Positions 38,310 through 48,061 of a stretch of DNA of 64,000 nucleotides are shown here, piece by piece (within the stretch, counting starts at the first letter, position 1; every line of letters begins with the position of its first letter). The notes below the pieces were generated by a model. The model searched no databases and was not told the origin of the DNA. It saw only the letters and a program-made list of their open reading frames with translations. The translations under genes and the position numbers were made by a program. This DNA comes from Tabrizicola sp. (GTDB lineage: Bacteria > Pseudomonadota > Alphaproteobacteria > Rhodobacterales > Rhodobacteraceae), in the NCBI RefSeq assembly GCF_016792905.1, contig NZ_JAEULP010000049.1, positions 11,338 through 75,337 of the forward strand, read 5' to 3'.

Positions 38310-38701
38310 TGCTGCCTCGCGACACCACCTTGCCCCGCTTTGTCGCGGTCGGCGGCGCGCTCGCCATGCTCTACGCCATGCTTGCCGCGCTGGCGACGTC
38401 GCAGTTGTCCCTGCCGAAGGCGGTGGCCTCGGGCCTCATATGGACGCTTTTCATCCCGGTCGGGTTCTGGATCCACCGGCGTTTCACCTTTGCCGCGCGT
38501 CGCCCGCATCGCCTGGGTCTGTGGCTTTATGCCGCGACACAGGTGCTGGGCATCGGGATCGTCGCCGCCGTCAGCTACCTTCTTGCCAGGGGCATGTTCT
38601 GGCCTGATCTTCTGGTGCATCTGCTTGCATCGGTGCTGGCGGCGATCACCAGCTACCTGATCACCCACTGGCTCGTCTTTCCCGACCGATCGGCAGACTG
38701 A
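38306..38701 (+). CDS. GtrA-family membrane protein (putative lipid-linked sugar translocase)
   Basis: 131 aa with 4 TM helices and a GtrA-like pattern (RFVAVGGALAMLYAML...HRRFTF). Confidence 0.7.
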   Translation: MMLPRDTTLPRFVAVGGALAMLYAMLAALATSQLSLPKAVASGLIWTLFIPVGFWIHRRFTFAARRPHRLGLWLYAATQVLGIGIVAAVSYLLARGMFWPDLLVHLLASVLAAITSYLITHWLVFPDRSAD

Positions 38702-38795
38702 CGGGCGTTCCAAGAATTTCCCCTTCCCGTAGCGGGCCTGGCAGACTACGGTCGCTCGCGTTAACGATCACCGTTCCAGTCAAGGGAGACAAAGG

Positions 38796-39137
38796 ATGGG
38801 CAAGAGGGACGATCTCATCGCCAAATATGCCGATGACCTGAAGAACAAGTGCAAGGTGACGCCGGACATGGCGCTTCTCACCAAAGTGACGATCGGCTGT
38901 GGCCCGTCGATCTATGACAACGACGCGCAGACCGTCGCGGCCTCCGACAAGGACGAGCTGGAGCGGATCAAGTCGAACTTCCTGATCAAGAAGCTGGGCC
39001 TCAAGGATGGCCCGAGCCTGATGGAAGGCATCAACGCCGCCATCGACACCTACGGCAAGTCCGAGCGCAACAAGTTCCGCGCGGTGTTCTACTACCTCCT
39101 CGTCAAGCATTTCGGTAAGGAAAAGGCCTACGCCTGA
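38796..39137 (+). CDS. DUF2853-family protein
   Basis: 113 aa. KYADDLKNKCKVTPDMALLTKVTIGCGPSIY...RAVFYYLLVKHFGKE matches my recollection of DUF2853. Confidence 0.65.
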   Translation: MGKRDDLIAKYADDLKNKCKVTPDMALLTKVTIGCGPSIYDNDAQTVAASDKDELERIKSNFLIKKLGLKDGPSLMEGINAAIDTYGKSERNKFRAVFYYLLVKHFGKEKAYA

Positions 39138-39213
39138 TCCCGGGCGCCCCGGCGGACATTGCCAATGCACAGGGGGCGGGTCATGTTGGCCCGCCCGCAC
39201 CTCATAGGCGATC

Positions 39214-40413
39214 ATGTCCGCACATCCCGAATCCGCCCAGACCGCCCCCGACTCGACCGTCGTCCAGGTCATCCTTGCCGTTGCGCTGGGGCATTTCCTC
39301 AATGACCTGATGCAGTCGCTGATTCCGGCGGCCTATCCGCTGCTCAAGACCAACCTGGCGCTCAGCTTCTCGCAGGTCGGGCTGATCACCTTCGTCTTCC
39401 AGGGCACCGCTTCGGTCCTTCAGCCGCTGGTCGGGCTCTACACCGACCGCAGGCCGCTGCCCTACGCCATGGCCGTCGGCATGGCCTCGACCGGGACCGG
39501 GCTTGTCCTCCTGGCTCGCGCCGACAGTTTCGGCACGGTGCTCCTTTCGGTCGCCATGATCGGCCTCGGCTCCTCCATCTTCCACCCCGAGGCCTCGCGC
39601 ATCGCCCGGCTTGCCGCCGGGATGCGACCCGGCTTCGCCCAGTCGCTGTTCCAGGTCGGCGGCAATGCCGGGTCGGCGCTTGGCCCCCTTGCCGCCGCCT
39701 TCGTGGTCATGCAGCGCGGCCAGCTTTCGATCGAATGGTTTGCCGCCGTTGCGATCGCGGGAATGGTCCTTCTCTGGGGCGTGGGACGCTGGTATGTCGC
39801 TGTCGGCGCGGCCCGTGCGCTCGCCCGCAAAAGCCGGGCCCGCTCTGCCACGCCCCTGCCCGCTGCCACCGTCCGGCTGGGGATGCTCCTCCTGATCCTC
39901 TTGATGCTGTCGAAATTCGTCTACTCGGTCTCGCTCTCCAGCTACTACACCTTCTACCTGATCGAGCAGTACGGGCTGACCGTGGGCCAGTCCCAGTTGT
40001 GCCTGTTCATCTTCCTCGCCTCGGTGGCCGTCGGCACCATCATCGGCGGCCCCATCGGCGACCGGATCGGGCGGCGGCGGGTGATCATGTCGTCGATCCT
40101 CGGCATCCTGCCCCTGACCCTGATGGTGCCCTGGCTGCCGCTGGTCCCCTCTGTGATCGCCGTCTCGCTGGCCGGGCTGATCCTCGCCTCGGCCTTCCCG
40201 GCCATGGTGGTCTATGCCCAGGACCTGATGCCGCAAAGCACCGGGATGGTGGCGGGCCTCCTCTTCGGGCTGGCCTTCGGCATCGCGGCGCTTGGCGCAG
40301 CGGGGCTTGGCGTGCTGGCCGACCATTGGGGCATCGTCGCGGTCTACCGGATCTGCGCCTTCCTGCCGCTTCTGGGCCTCGTGGCCTTCTTCCTGCCAAA
40401 CCCGCGGGACTGA
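39214..40413 (+). CDS. MFS transporter (Fsr-like)
   Basis: 399 aa with 12 TM helices and MFS motifs (GLYTDRRPLP, GPIGDRIGRRRV). Confidence 0.8.
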   Translation: MSAHPESAQTAPDSTVVQVILAVALGHFLNDLMQSLIPAAYPLLKTNLALSFSQVGLITFVFQGTASVLQPLVGLYTDRRPLPYAMAVGMASTGTGLVLLARADSFGTVLLSVAMIGLGSSIFHPEASRIARLAAGMRPGFAQSLFQVGGNAGSALGPLAAAFVVMQRGQLSIEWFAAVAIAGMVLLWGVGRWYVAVGAARALARKSRARSATPLPAATVRLGMLLLILLMLSKFVYSVSLSSYYTFYLIEQYGLTVGQSQLCLFIFLASVAVGTIIGGPIGDRIGRRRVIMSSILGILPLTLMVPWLPLVPSVIAVSLAGLILASAFPAMVVYAQDLMPQSTGMVAGLLFGLAFGIAALGAAGLGVLADHWGIVAVYRICAFLPLLGLVAFFLPNPRD

Positions 40414-40546
40414 CCGGATTTACCTTAAATGCCACGGGCTTCGCGTTTGCGCGGGGCCGGGCCTTCGGCTATCCATGAGCTTGTCAGGGCAGGACGCCCG
40501 GGACCCTTATACAGATCACGCGGTGCTTGGGGTGTGCGCGTGGGTT

Positions 40547-40585
40547 GGATGGAGGGTCCCGTAGGGGTGCGGGGCCCTCCATTCC
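40547..40585. terminator. Hairpin between the convergent MFS and arginase-family genes
   Basis: GGATGGAGGGTCCC...GGGGCCCTCCATTCC imperfect inverted repeat. Confidence 0.45.
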
Positions 40586-40603
40586 ATTCTTGGCACGCCC
40601 CGC

Positions 40604-41470
40604 TCAGCCGCCCGCGTTCAGCAGTGGCAGCTTGCGCAGCATGTCGCGCAGCGTTGCCGCGTCCCAGGGCAGGAACTCGGTGATCCCCAAACCCACCACC
40701 GGCACTTTTGCCGCCACCTCCGACAGAAGCCGCACCACCTCGTCGATTTTCATCCGCCCCTGGGGAATGCCGTCGAATGCCCCCGGGGGTGCATCGGGGC
40801 GGCTGAAATACAGGCTGCGCAACTGGGCCGGGTCCAGCACGTCCAGGTCAAGATGGATCGCCAGGTGCCGCGCGCCCGCGTCGCGCAGCCAGTCCAGCAC
40901 TATCCCCGACCCTTCGCGCAGATCGCCCGGAGTCGCCACCTGCGCCCCCAGCCGGTCCAGCGTGGCGCGCTCTACGGGCGACATGTCGTAAAGCCCGGCA
41001 TACATCACCCGCCCCGGCACCAGATGGCGCGGGACACGGGCCACGAACTCCGCGTCGCCCTCGCCCAGAAGCTGCGCCAGCACCATGGCATGAGCATTCG
41101 GCGTCTGCGCCATTCCCATCACATCGGGATGGGCATCGACCCAAAGCACGGCAAGGTCGTCATAGCGGTCAGCGAGATAGGCAAAGGGCGCAAGGTCCAC
41201 GCCGCAATCGCCGCCCAGCACCACCACCCGTGCGGGCTGATGCTGCCGCAGGGCCGCCATCGCCGCATCCGCCTGCGCCAGCACCGCACGCCGCGCGCGA
41301 ATGCCGCCCTCGACCGGCAACTCCGCACCCGAGGGCGGCGGCACGTCGATCTCCAGCACAGGCCCCGTCGCTTCTGGCGCAAGCCATGCCAGCAATAGCG
41401 CGCCAAGGTGATACAGTGGCAAGCCGCCGCCCTGCCATTGCGGGAAGACAAGACGCAGGGTGTCGGTCAT
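40604..41470 (-). CDS. Arginase/agmatinase/formiminoglutamase-family metallohydrolase
   Basis: Mn-ligand motifs: LGGDCGV, WVDAHPD, HLDLDVLDP. 288 aa. Confidence 0.75.
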   Translation of the reverse strand: MTDTLRLVFPQWQGGGLPLYHLGALLLAWLAPEATGPVLEIDVPPPSGAELPVEGGIRARRAVLAQADAAMAALRQHQPARVVVLGGDCGVDLAPFAYLADRYDDLAVLWVDAHPDVMGMAQTPNAHAMVLAQLLGEGDAEFVARVPRHLVPGRVMYAGLYDMSPVERATLDRLGAQVATPGDLREGSGIVLDWLRDAGARHLAIHLDLDVLDPAQLRSLYFSRPDAPPGAFDGIPQGRMKIDEVVRLLSEVAAKVPVVGLGITEFLPWDAATLRDMLRKLPLLNAGG

Positions 41471-41865
41471 CAGAACGCGTTCAGCATGGCGCCCATGATC
41501 GTGCAGCCGACGATGCTGTTCACCCCGTCGATCAGGGTCAGCGCCGGTTTCCGCATCCCGAAGGCATAGTTCATCGCGACCCAGGGCGTGATCAGGAAGG
41601 CTCCGATCCCGGACCCTCCCATCAACCCCTGTCCGACCGAGGCGAGCCCCGACATCGCGAAGACATGCCGCATCATCCCCGCAACGATGACCATCGCGAC
41701 CAGCCCGACGACGAAGGGCATCGCGCCGCCATTGCCCTGCGGCTTGCCCTTGGCGTCGACCGGAATTTCCGCCGCCGCGATCCAGGCTTTCGACATCGAC
41801 ATGTACCAGACTGCGCCGAAGGCGAAGGCGGCCAGCGCCGCCACGATGACGTTGAGGAATTCCAT
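41470..41865 (-). CDS. DUF1761-family membrane protein
   Basis: 131 aa beginning MEFLNVIVAALAAFAFGAVWY, with 4 TM helices. Its stop overlaps the arginase-family ATG by 1 nt. Confidence 0.6.
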   Translation of the reverse strand: MEFLNVIVAALAAFAFGAVWYMSMSKAWIAAAEIPVDAKGKPQGNGGAMPFVVGLVAMVIVAGMMRHVFAMSGLASVGQGLMGGSGIGAFLITPWVAMNYAFGMRKPALTLIDGVNSIVGCTIMGAMLNAF

Positions 41866-41922
41866 GACCGTCCCTTCCCGTTTTCCGGAAGGATGCCGCA
41901 AAACCGGTGCCGGGGAAAGCGT

Positions 41923-43023
41923 TCAGCCGATCCGGCCGCGCGCCCCGCCGGTCTGGCCCCGGTCGAGGAGCAGGTGATCCAGCAGGACGCAGGCCATCAT
42001 CGCCTCGCCCACCGGCACCGCCCGGATACCGACACAGGGATCATGGCGCCCCTTGGTGATCAGATCCACCTGGTCCCCGGCCCGGGTGATGGTCCGCCGT
42101 GGCGTCAGGATGCTCGACGTGGGTTTTACCGCGAACCGGCATACCACCGGCTGCCCGGTCGAAATGCCGCCAAGGATGCCCCCCGCGTGGTTCGACAGGA
42201 ACTCCGGCCCATCCGGTCCCATGCGGATCTCGTCGGCATTCTCCACCCCGGTCAGGGCCGCCGCCGCCATCCCCTCGCCGATCTCCACGCCCTTCACGGC
42301 ATTGATCGACATCATCGCGCTGGCAAGGTCGCTGTCGAGCTTGCCATAAAGCGGCGCCCCCAGCCCGGCAGGCACGCCCTCCGCGACCACCTCGATCACC
42401 GCGCCGACCGAGTTGTGCGAAAGCCGCAGCTCATCCAGATAGCTCGCCCAGTCCGTCGCTGCCTGTGCATCGGGGCACCAGAACGGGTTCCGCTCTATCT
42501 CGCCCGCATCGAACCGGCTGCGATCGATTTCCATCGCCCCCATCTGCACCATGTAGCCGGTGATCTTCAGCCCCGGCACCAGCATCGCCAGTACCTGCCG
42601 CGCAACCCCGCCCGCCGCCACGCGGCTGGCCGTTTCCCGCGCCGAGGAGCGACCGCCGCCGCGATGATCCCGCAGGCCGTATTTCTGGTAGTAGGTGATG
42701 TCCGCGTGCCCCGGCCGGAACGACTGCGCGATGTCGCCGTAATCCTTCGATCGCTGGTCGGTGTTCTCGATCATCAGCTGGATCGGGGTGCCCGTGGTCT
42801 GCCCCTCGAACACGCCCGACAGGATGCGGACCTCGTCGGCTTCCTGCCGCTGGGTGGTGAACTTCGACGTGCCGGGCTTGCGCCGGTCCAGCCAGGGCTG
42901 GATGTCGGCCTCGGAAAGGCGAACGCCCGGCGGGCAGCCATCCACCGTGCATCCGATCGCCGGACCGTGGCTTTCGCCCCAGGTGGTGACGCGGAAGAGA
43001 TGTCCGAAGGTGTTCAGGCTCAT
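41923..43023 (-). CDS. aroC: Chorismate synthase
   Basis: [31 protein letters not shown]... 366 aa. Confidence 0.95.
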   Translation of the reverse strand: MSLNTFGHLFRVTTWGESHGPAIGCTVDGCPPGVRLSEADIQPWLDRRKPGTSKFTTQRQEADEVRILSGVFEGQTTGTPIQLMIENTDQRSKDYGDIAQSFRPGHADITYYQKYGLRDHRGGGRSSARETASRVAAGGVARQVLAMLVPGLKITGYMVQMGAMEIDRSRFDAGEIERNPFWCPDAQAATDWASYLDELRLSHNSVGAVIEVVAEGVPAGLGAPLYGKLDSDLASAMMSINAVKGVEIGEGMAAAALTGVENADEIRMGPDGPEFLSNHAGGILGGISTGQPVVCRFAVKPTSSILTPRRTITRAGDQVDLITKGRHDPCVGIRAVPVGEAMMACVLLDHLLLDRGQTGGARGRIG

Positions 43024-43311
43024 GGCGGTCTCCTACGGATCGGGCATACAGGCCGCGCGACCCTCGCCACAAGCCTTGACCGACGGAAAATCCTCCCGAC
43101 GGCGTTGAACGGTCACGCCGCCGTGAAAATTCCGCCGCTCCGGGGGTTGAAATGCCACTCTCCCTTCCCACTTCCCCTTGGCGGGCCGGGCCCCTCTGAC
43201 GACGCCAGTCGTGATGTCGGACCGCATCGAGAAATCGTGCTCGATGTCAGCCCGGCGCCCTGCCCCTGAAAAGGCTGACCTCTCGACGCACCTATAGAGA
43301 GGCAAACGGGG

Positions 43312-44334
43312 ATGGAATTCCTCTTCCTGACATTCCTGGCCAAGCCCCTGTGGCTGTGGCTTCTGTTCCTGGCCATCGTCATCGCGCTGATGGTCTTCGA
43401 CCTGGGCGTCCTGCACAAGGACGACCATGAACTTGGCGTCGCGGAAAGCCTGAAGCTTTCCGCCTTCTACATCGGTATCGCGATCCTGTTCGGCGGCTAC
43501 ATCTGGTGGGCCTGGTCGAACGGCACGCTGGTGACAAGCGACGGCACCAATCCGGTCGCGGCCTATTTCCAAGGCTACATCATCGAGAAGGTGCTCTCGA
43601 TCGACAACGTCTTCGTCATCTCGCTGATCTTCGGCTACTTCGCCATTCCCCGGAAATACCAGTACCGCGCCCTCGTCTGGGGCATCATCGGCGTGATCAT
43701 CCTGCGCGGCATCATGATCGCCATCGGGGCCGAGCTGATCGCGGCCTACGACTGGGTGACGCTGGTCTTCGCCGCCTTCCTGGCCTTCACCGGCTTCAAG
43801 ATGCTGGTGGTGCCGGACAGCGATCCGGACCTGTCGCAGAACCCGGTCGTGCGTTTCATCTCGACCCACATGAACGTGACCAAGCGCCTGCACGGGCAAA
43901 GGTTCTTCGTCCGCCAGCCGAACCCCGTCACCGGCAAGCTGATGCTCTATGCCACGCCCCTCTTCGTGGCGCTGATCGTGATCAACTTCGCCGACCTGGT
44001 CTTCGCGGTCGACTCGGTGCCCGCGATCTTCCTGATCACCACCGACACCTTCATCGTCTACACCGCGAACATCATGGCGATCCTCGGCCTGCGCGCGCTC
44101 TACTTCGCGTTGGCGGCATTGGTCCACCGCTTCCACTACCTGAAATACGCACTGGCCGTGGTGCTGATCTTCATCGGCCTCAAGGGGTTCTACAGCTACT
44201 TCTTCGGCAAGTTTGACCCTTACCTGTCGCTGGCGATCACCGTGGGCATCATCGTCGCGGGCATCGTCTATTCGCTGTGGAAAACGCGTGGGGACGACGA
44301 TGGGCACGGGACCGCAGTCAAGGCGGCAGAGTAG
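43312..44334 (+). CDS. TerC/Alx-family integral membrane protein
   Basis: 340 aa with TerC repeats (EKVLSIDNVFVI, AVDSVPAIF). Confidence 0.85.
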   Translation: MEFLFLTFLAKPLWLWLLFLAIVIALMVFDLGVLHKDDHELGVAESLKLSAFYIGIAILFGGYIWWAWSNGTLVTSDGTNPVAAYFQGYIIEKVLSIDNVFVISLIFGYFAIPRKYQYRALVWGIIGVIILRGIMIAIGAELIAAYDWVTLVFAAFLAFTGFKMLVVPDSDPDLSQNPVVRFISTHMNVTKRLHGQRFFVRQPNPVTGKLMLYATPLFVALIVINFADLVFAVDSVPAIFLITTDTFIVYTANIMAILGLRALYFALAALVHRFHYLKYALAVVLIFIGLKGFYSYFFGKFDPYLSLAITVGIIVAGIVYSLWKTRGDDDGHGTAVKAAE

Positions 44335-46642
44335 CGCCGCCCTGCCTGATCTGGCTTGCAACATCGTGGTCGCCGGGCACCCCGGCGATCCGCAACACCG
44401 AAAGCCCCAGTGTCACGTCCACCAGCCCGTCCGGGCGGCGCGTGACCTGGGGCGGCTTCGGCCAGGCGGTCAGATCATAGACCTGCTCGGCCTGCCACTG
44501 GCTGACATGGGTCACCCCGCCATAGGCCAGGACGAAGACCACCGCCCCCGGCCCCGGATCGACATGGGTAACCCCGGTGCCCGCATGGATCGTGTCGTTC
44601 CCGCCCCCCAGTCGCACCCGGTTCCGCCCCGGCCCGGTATGGACCACCGAGGATCCGTCGCCGTCATGGATCTCGTCATTGCCGTGCCCGCCGAAAATCT
44701 TGTTCCGCGCCGCCGTACCGATGATCGTGTCATCGCCCGTGCCGCCGTCCAGCACATCGCGCCCGCCGCCACCGACCAGCCGGTCATTCCCCGCCCCGCC
44801 GTAGAAGTAATGCCGCGAGCTTTCGCTGGCCGAGATCGCCCGCAGCACATCGTCGCCCTCGCCGCCGTAGAACGTGGCCCCGCCATATATCGGACCGATC
44901 ATCACGTCGTTCCCGCGTGAGCCGCGGACGCTAACCATCACCCGCTCGGTGGTCTCGAAATGGATCGGGCTGTCCGGATGGGCCACGATCCGCAGCATGC
45001 GCGAGGATTTCTTCGCCGCCTCCGCATCCTCGTGCCGCGCCAGCACCGTGGCGATGCGGATGTTCTCGACGTTCATCGGGCAGTGCAGGACATAGCCATC
45101 CGGCCCGCCCAGATACCACAGCGTATCGGTCCCGCCCTCCTTGGTTTCCCTGATCTTCTCGGCCTCGGCCCCGTAGGCCCAATAGTTGTCGTTGCCCCGA
45201 CGCCCCTCCAGCACGACCGAGCCATCGACCGCCATCATCGCGTTCACGCCATCCGCCGGGTTCTCGAACCCGCGCAGGTCCAGGCCCAGCTCCAGCGCCC
45301 CCTTCACCAGCTCGCCCCGCAGCACATCCATGGGCGCCGTCGCGATCAGGTTCTCGGTCTCACCGGGGTCGGCGACCACGTCGTAGACATGCTCCTCGCC
45401 GTTCGGATAGCGGAAATAGCGGAACTGCCGGTAGCCCTCGATGGAGGGCCTGACCGACAGCGTTCCGAAGACCGAGGTAATCGGTGATTTCGTGTCGTCG
45501 AAGCTGCCGAAACTCGCGTCGACCAGCGGGAGCAGGCTTTGCCCCGAGGTCCAGTCCGGTCGCGGCGGCAATCCGGCCAGCTGCATCACCGTCTTGGGAA
45601 AGTTGTGCAGAGACACTGGCAGGTCCACCACCCGGCCCTCCGTCATCCGGGGCGACCAGATCGCCAGCGGCACATGCGCCGCCGAATCCCACTGGCTCAT
45701 CTTGTGGAAACTGTCGTGGTTCCCAAGGTTGAAGCCGTTGTCCGACAGGAAGATCACCGTGGTCCTACCGCCCAGAGGCGATGCCGCCAGCGCGTCCAGG
45801 AACCGCCCGATCTCATGGTCCACATGGCTGATCGCGGCGAAGTAGGCGCGGACGACCTGCCGCCAGCCGTCGTCCCCGCCCTTTTCCGGCGTCCAGTTGC
45901 CATTGGCGATATAGGCCGCTTCATAGACCGCAAAACCCGGCGGCGGGCCGTAGTAATCCTCCGGCGCCGCGATGTCGGGCCAGCGGATCGCGGCGGGATC
46001 GTACAGCTGGTAGAAGCGGTCCGGGCATTCCAGGTTGTAATGCGGGTGCTTGAACCCGAGCTGGATCAGGTGCCGCCGCTTCGGGTCCGCCCTCCCGAGG
46101 AAATCAATCGCATTCTGAGCGACGGTGAAATCGTAGAACAGATGGTCCTGCGATCCGTCATCGTCCGGATAGTTGATGCCCTTGATCCCCGGTCCACGGT
46201 CCAGATAGACCTTTTCCCCCGGTCGCGGGCCGCTGTCCTGCGCGGGCACATCCTCGTGGAACAGCACCCGGCGATAACGCTCCGGCATCGGCTTGTAGGT
46301 CGCATCCACCTTGCCGGTGGTAAAGGTGTAGAACCCCGCCCGGCGCAGGTCATAGGCCCAGGCCTTCTCGGGCGGCAGCACCTGGCGCCAGAAGCGGTTC
46401 AGGTCGACAAGCCCGGTGCGGAACGGCGACAGCCCCGTGGCCAGTTCCGCCCGGCAGGGCGCGCACAAGGGGATCGTGGCATAGGCGTTGCCGAACCGCA
46501 CTCCCGCATTCAGCAGCCGGTCGAGGTTCGGGGTCTGGATGGTGATCCCGAACGTGTCGCGCCAGGTGAAGACGTCGATCATGTCATCCACCCAGATGAC
46601 ACAGATGTTGTCGCCCGCGATGCTGTCCGCCGTGAAACCCAT
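44318..46642 (-). CDS. Cys-type sulfatase fused to C-terminal RTX (hemolysin-type Ca-binding) repeats
   Basis: CAPCR (C-x-P-x-R) follows an N-terminal VIWVDDM segment; FLSDNG is also present. The C-terminus carries GGEGDDVL, GGAGNDRL, GGGRDVL, GTGDDTI, GGHGNDEI and GGGNDTI nonapeptides. There is no signal peptide. Confidence 0.8.
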   Translation of the reverse strand: MGFTADSIAGDNICVIWVDDMIDVFTWRDTFGITIQTPNLDRLLNAGVRFGNAYATIPLCAPCRAELATGLSPFRTGLVDLNRFWRQVLPPEKAWAYDLRRAGFYTFTTGKVDATYKPMPERYRRVLFHEDVPAQDSGPRPGEKVYLDRGPGIKGINYPDDDGSQDHLFYDFTVAQNAIDFLGRADPKRRHLIQLGFKHPHYNLECPDRFYQLYDPAAIRWPDIAAPEDYYGPPPGFAVYEAAYIANGNWTPEKGGDDGWRQVVRAYFAAISHVDHEIGRFLDALAASPLGGRTTVIFLSDNGFNLGNHDSFHKMSQWDSAAHVPLAIWSPRMTEGRVVDLPVSLHNFPKTVMQLAGLPPRPDWTSGQSLLPLVDASFGSFDDTKSPITSVFGTLSVRPSIEGYRQFRYFRYPNGEEHVYDVVADPGETENLIATAPMDVLRGELVKGALELGLDLRGFENPADGVNAMMAVDGSVVLEGRRGNDNYWAYGAEAEKIRETKEGGTDTLWYLGGPDGYVLHCPMNVENIRIATVLARHEDAEAAKKSSRMLRIVAHPDSPIHFETTERVMVSVRGSRGNDVMIGPIYGGATFYGGEGDDVLRAISASESSRHYFYGGAGNDRLVGGGGRDVLDGGTGDDTIIGTAARNKIFGGHGNDEIHDGDGSSVVHTGPGRNRVRLGGGNDTIHAGTGVTHVDPGPGAVVFVLAYGGVTHVSQWQAEQVYDLTAWPKPPQVTRRPDGLVDVTLGLSVLRIAGVPGDHDVASQIRQGGATLPP

Positions 46643-48061
46643 CTAGAGGCCCGTCAGCTTCAACCGTGCCGGCAGCGCCCAGCGTCGCACCGCGCCCTCG
46701 CCGAAATCCCCGCGCAGGGCCCCCCGGTTCGCAGGATAGGGCCCGTCGCCGGGGGCCGACGCATGGGCATAGGTCACGAAGACCTCGCCCTCGGGCCGTT
46801 TCGAGCATTTCAGCACCACGACCTTCGCGTCGTCCTTGTCGATCCCGACCCCGGTGATCCGCGCCCCGTTCGTCACCCCGTCCAGCGCGAAGCCCGCCAA
46901 CTTGCCCGCGACGAAGGGATCACCGCCGTCGATCACCAGCCCCTCCTGCGCCTCGCAGATCAGACGGATACCGCCCTCGGACCACTCCGCCAGCTGGATC
47001 ACCGGACACAGCCAGCGGCCCCCGCCCTGCACCGCCAGCAGCGCCTCGGCCAAGAGCACCGCCTTCTCCGCCCGGCCTTCGTCGGTCAGCCGCCCGGTGT
47101 CGTCGATCCGGAACGCATAGGAGGGTGCTGCAAAGACCAGCTGGTGATCGCCGTGGTTCCAGGACAGTTCCCACTGCCCCTCCAGCCCCGGCCCGCGCGT
47201 CACGCTCAGGGTTCCGCAGTCGAACGCCGACAGGAACACCGGCCGCGCCAGCCCCTGCCTGGCCATGCCCCGGGTGATCCGCTCCATCAGCGCGATCATC
47301 CCGTCGCGGTAGGCCGTCGCGTCGCCGGTCAGGTCCTCCAGCGTATAGTCCAGCACCACCGCCAGAACCTGCGCCCCCACCCCCAGCCGGGCGGAGGCCG
47401 CCACCAGATTGGCAAAGCACTGGTCCAGATTGGCCATTGCCGCCTCGGTCCCCAGATCATGCGCGGTCGCCGCCGTGTCCGTCTCGGTCCGCACGACCAG
47501 CACGGGCAACGGCTGGTGCGCAACCCGCCGCCGGGCCAGCAACTCGTCCGCAACCAGCGCCTCGACCGTCAGCTCGCGCAAGGGCTCCAGCTCGGCCGTC
47601 GCCACCGCCTCGCCTTCGCCCCCCATGCCCACCGCGCCGATGTCGTCGCCCGGGGTCAGCACATGCCAGCGGAACCGCGCCGGACCGGGCGAGCCCAGCC
47701 CCGCCCGCGCCCCGCCGATGCCCAGCACCGCCATGAGCGGCCCCCGCGCCTCGGCGATGACCGCGCCCCCGGACACATGCCGCCGATAGCCCCGCGCAGA
47801 GTCCGCGCCCGGCAGGTTGGCCTGGAAGAACAGCCAGTCCCCCTCGCGCCGGGGGGCCCAGAGGTCGATACCCTCGGGCAGATCGGGCAGCGGCAGCGTC
47901 TCGCCCACCACCGCCTGCGGCTTCAACTCCAGCCGCGCGGCGATGTCGGCGATCACCTTGTCGGACAGGCGCAGCACCAGCCCCGTCTCGTCATAGCCGA
48001 TCACGTCGCCGTTCTCGGCCCGGATGATCACGCCTTCGGGGGGGATCGGTTTTTCCGCCAT
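46643..48061 (-). CDS. Hypothetical protein of 472 aa, no family recognised
   Basis: Coding-like composition. Its ATG overlaps the upstream stop by 1 nt (TGATG), and its TAG abuts the sulfatase ATG. Confidence 0.6.
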   Translation of the reverse strand: MAEKPIPPEGVIIRAENGDVIGYDETGLVLRLSDKVIADIAARLELKPQAVVGETLPLPDLPEGIDLWAPRREGDWLFFQANLPGADSARGYRRHVSGGAVIAEARGPLMAVLGIGGARAGLGSPGPARFRWHVLTPGDDIGAVGMGGEGEAVATAELEPLRELTVEALVADELLARRRVAHQPLPVLVVRTETDTAATAHDLGTEAAMANLDQCFANLVAASARLGVGAQVLAVVLDYTLEDLTGDATAYRDGMIALMERITRGMARQGLARPVFLSAFDCGTLSVTRGPGLEGQWELSWNHGDHQLVFAAPSYAFRIDDTGRLTDEGRAEKAVLLAEALLAVQGGGRWLCPVIQLAEWSEGGIRLICEAQEGLVIDGGDPFVAGKLAGFALDGVTNGARITGVGIDKDDAKVVVLKCSKRPEGEVFVTYAHASAPGDGPYPANRGALRGDFGEGAVRRWALPARLKLTGL

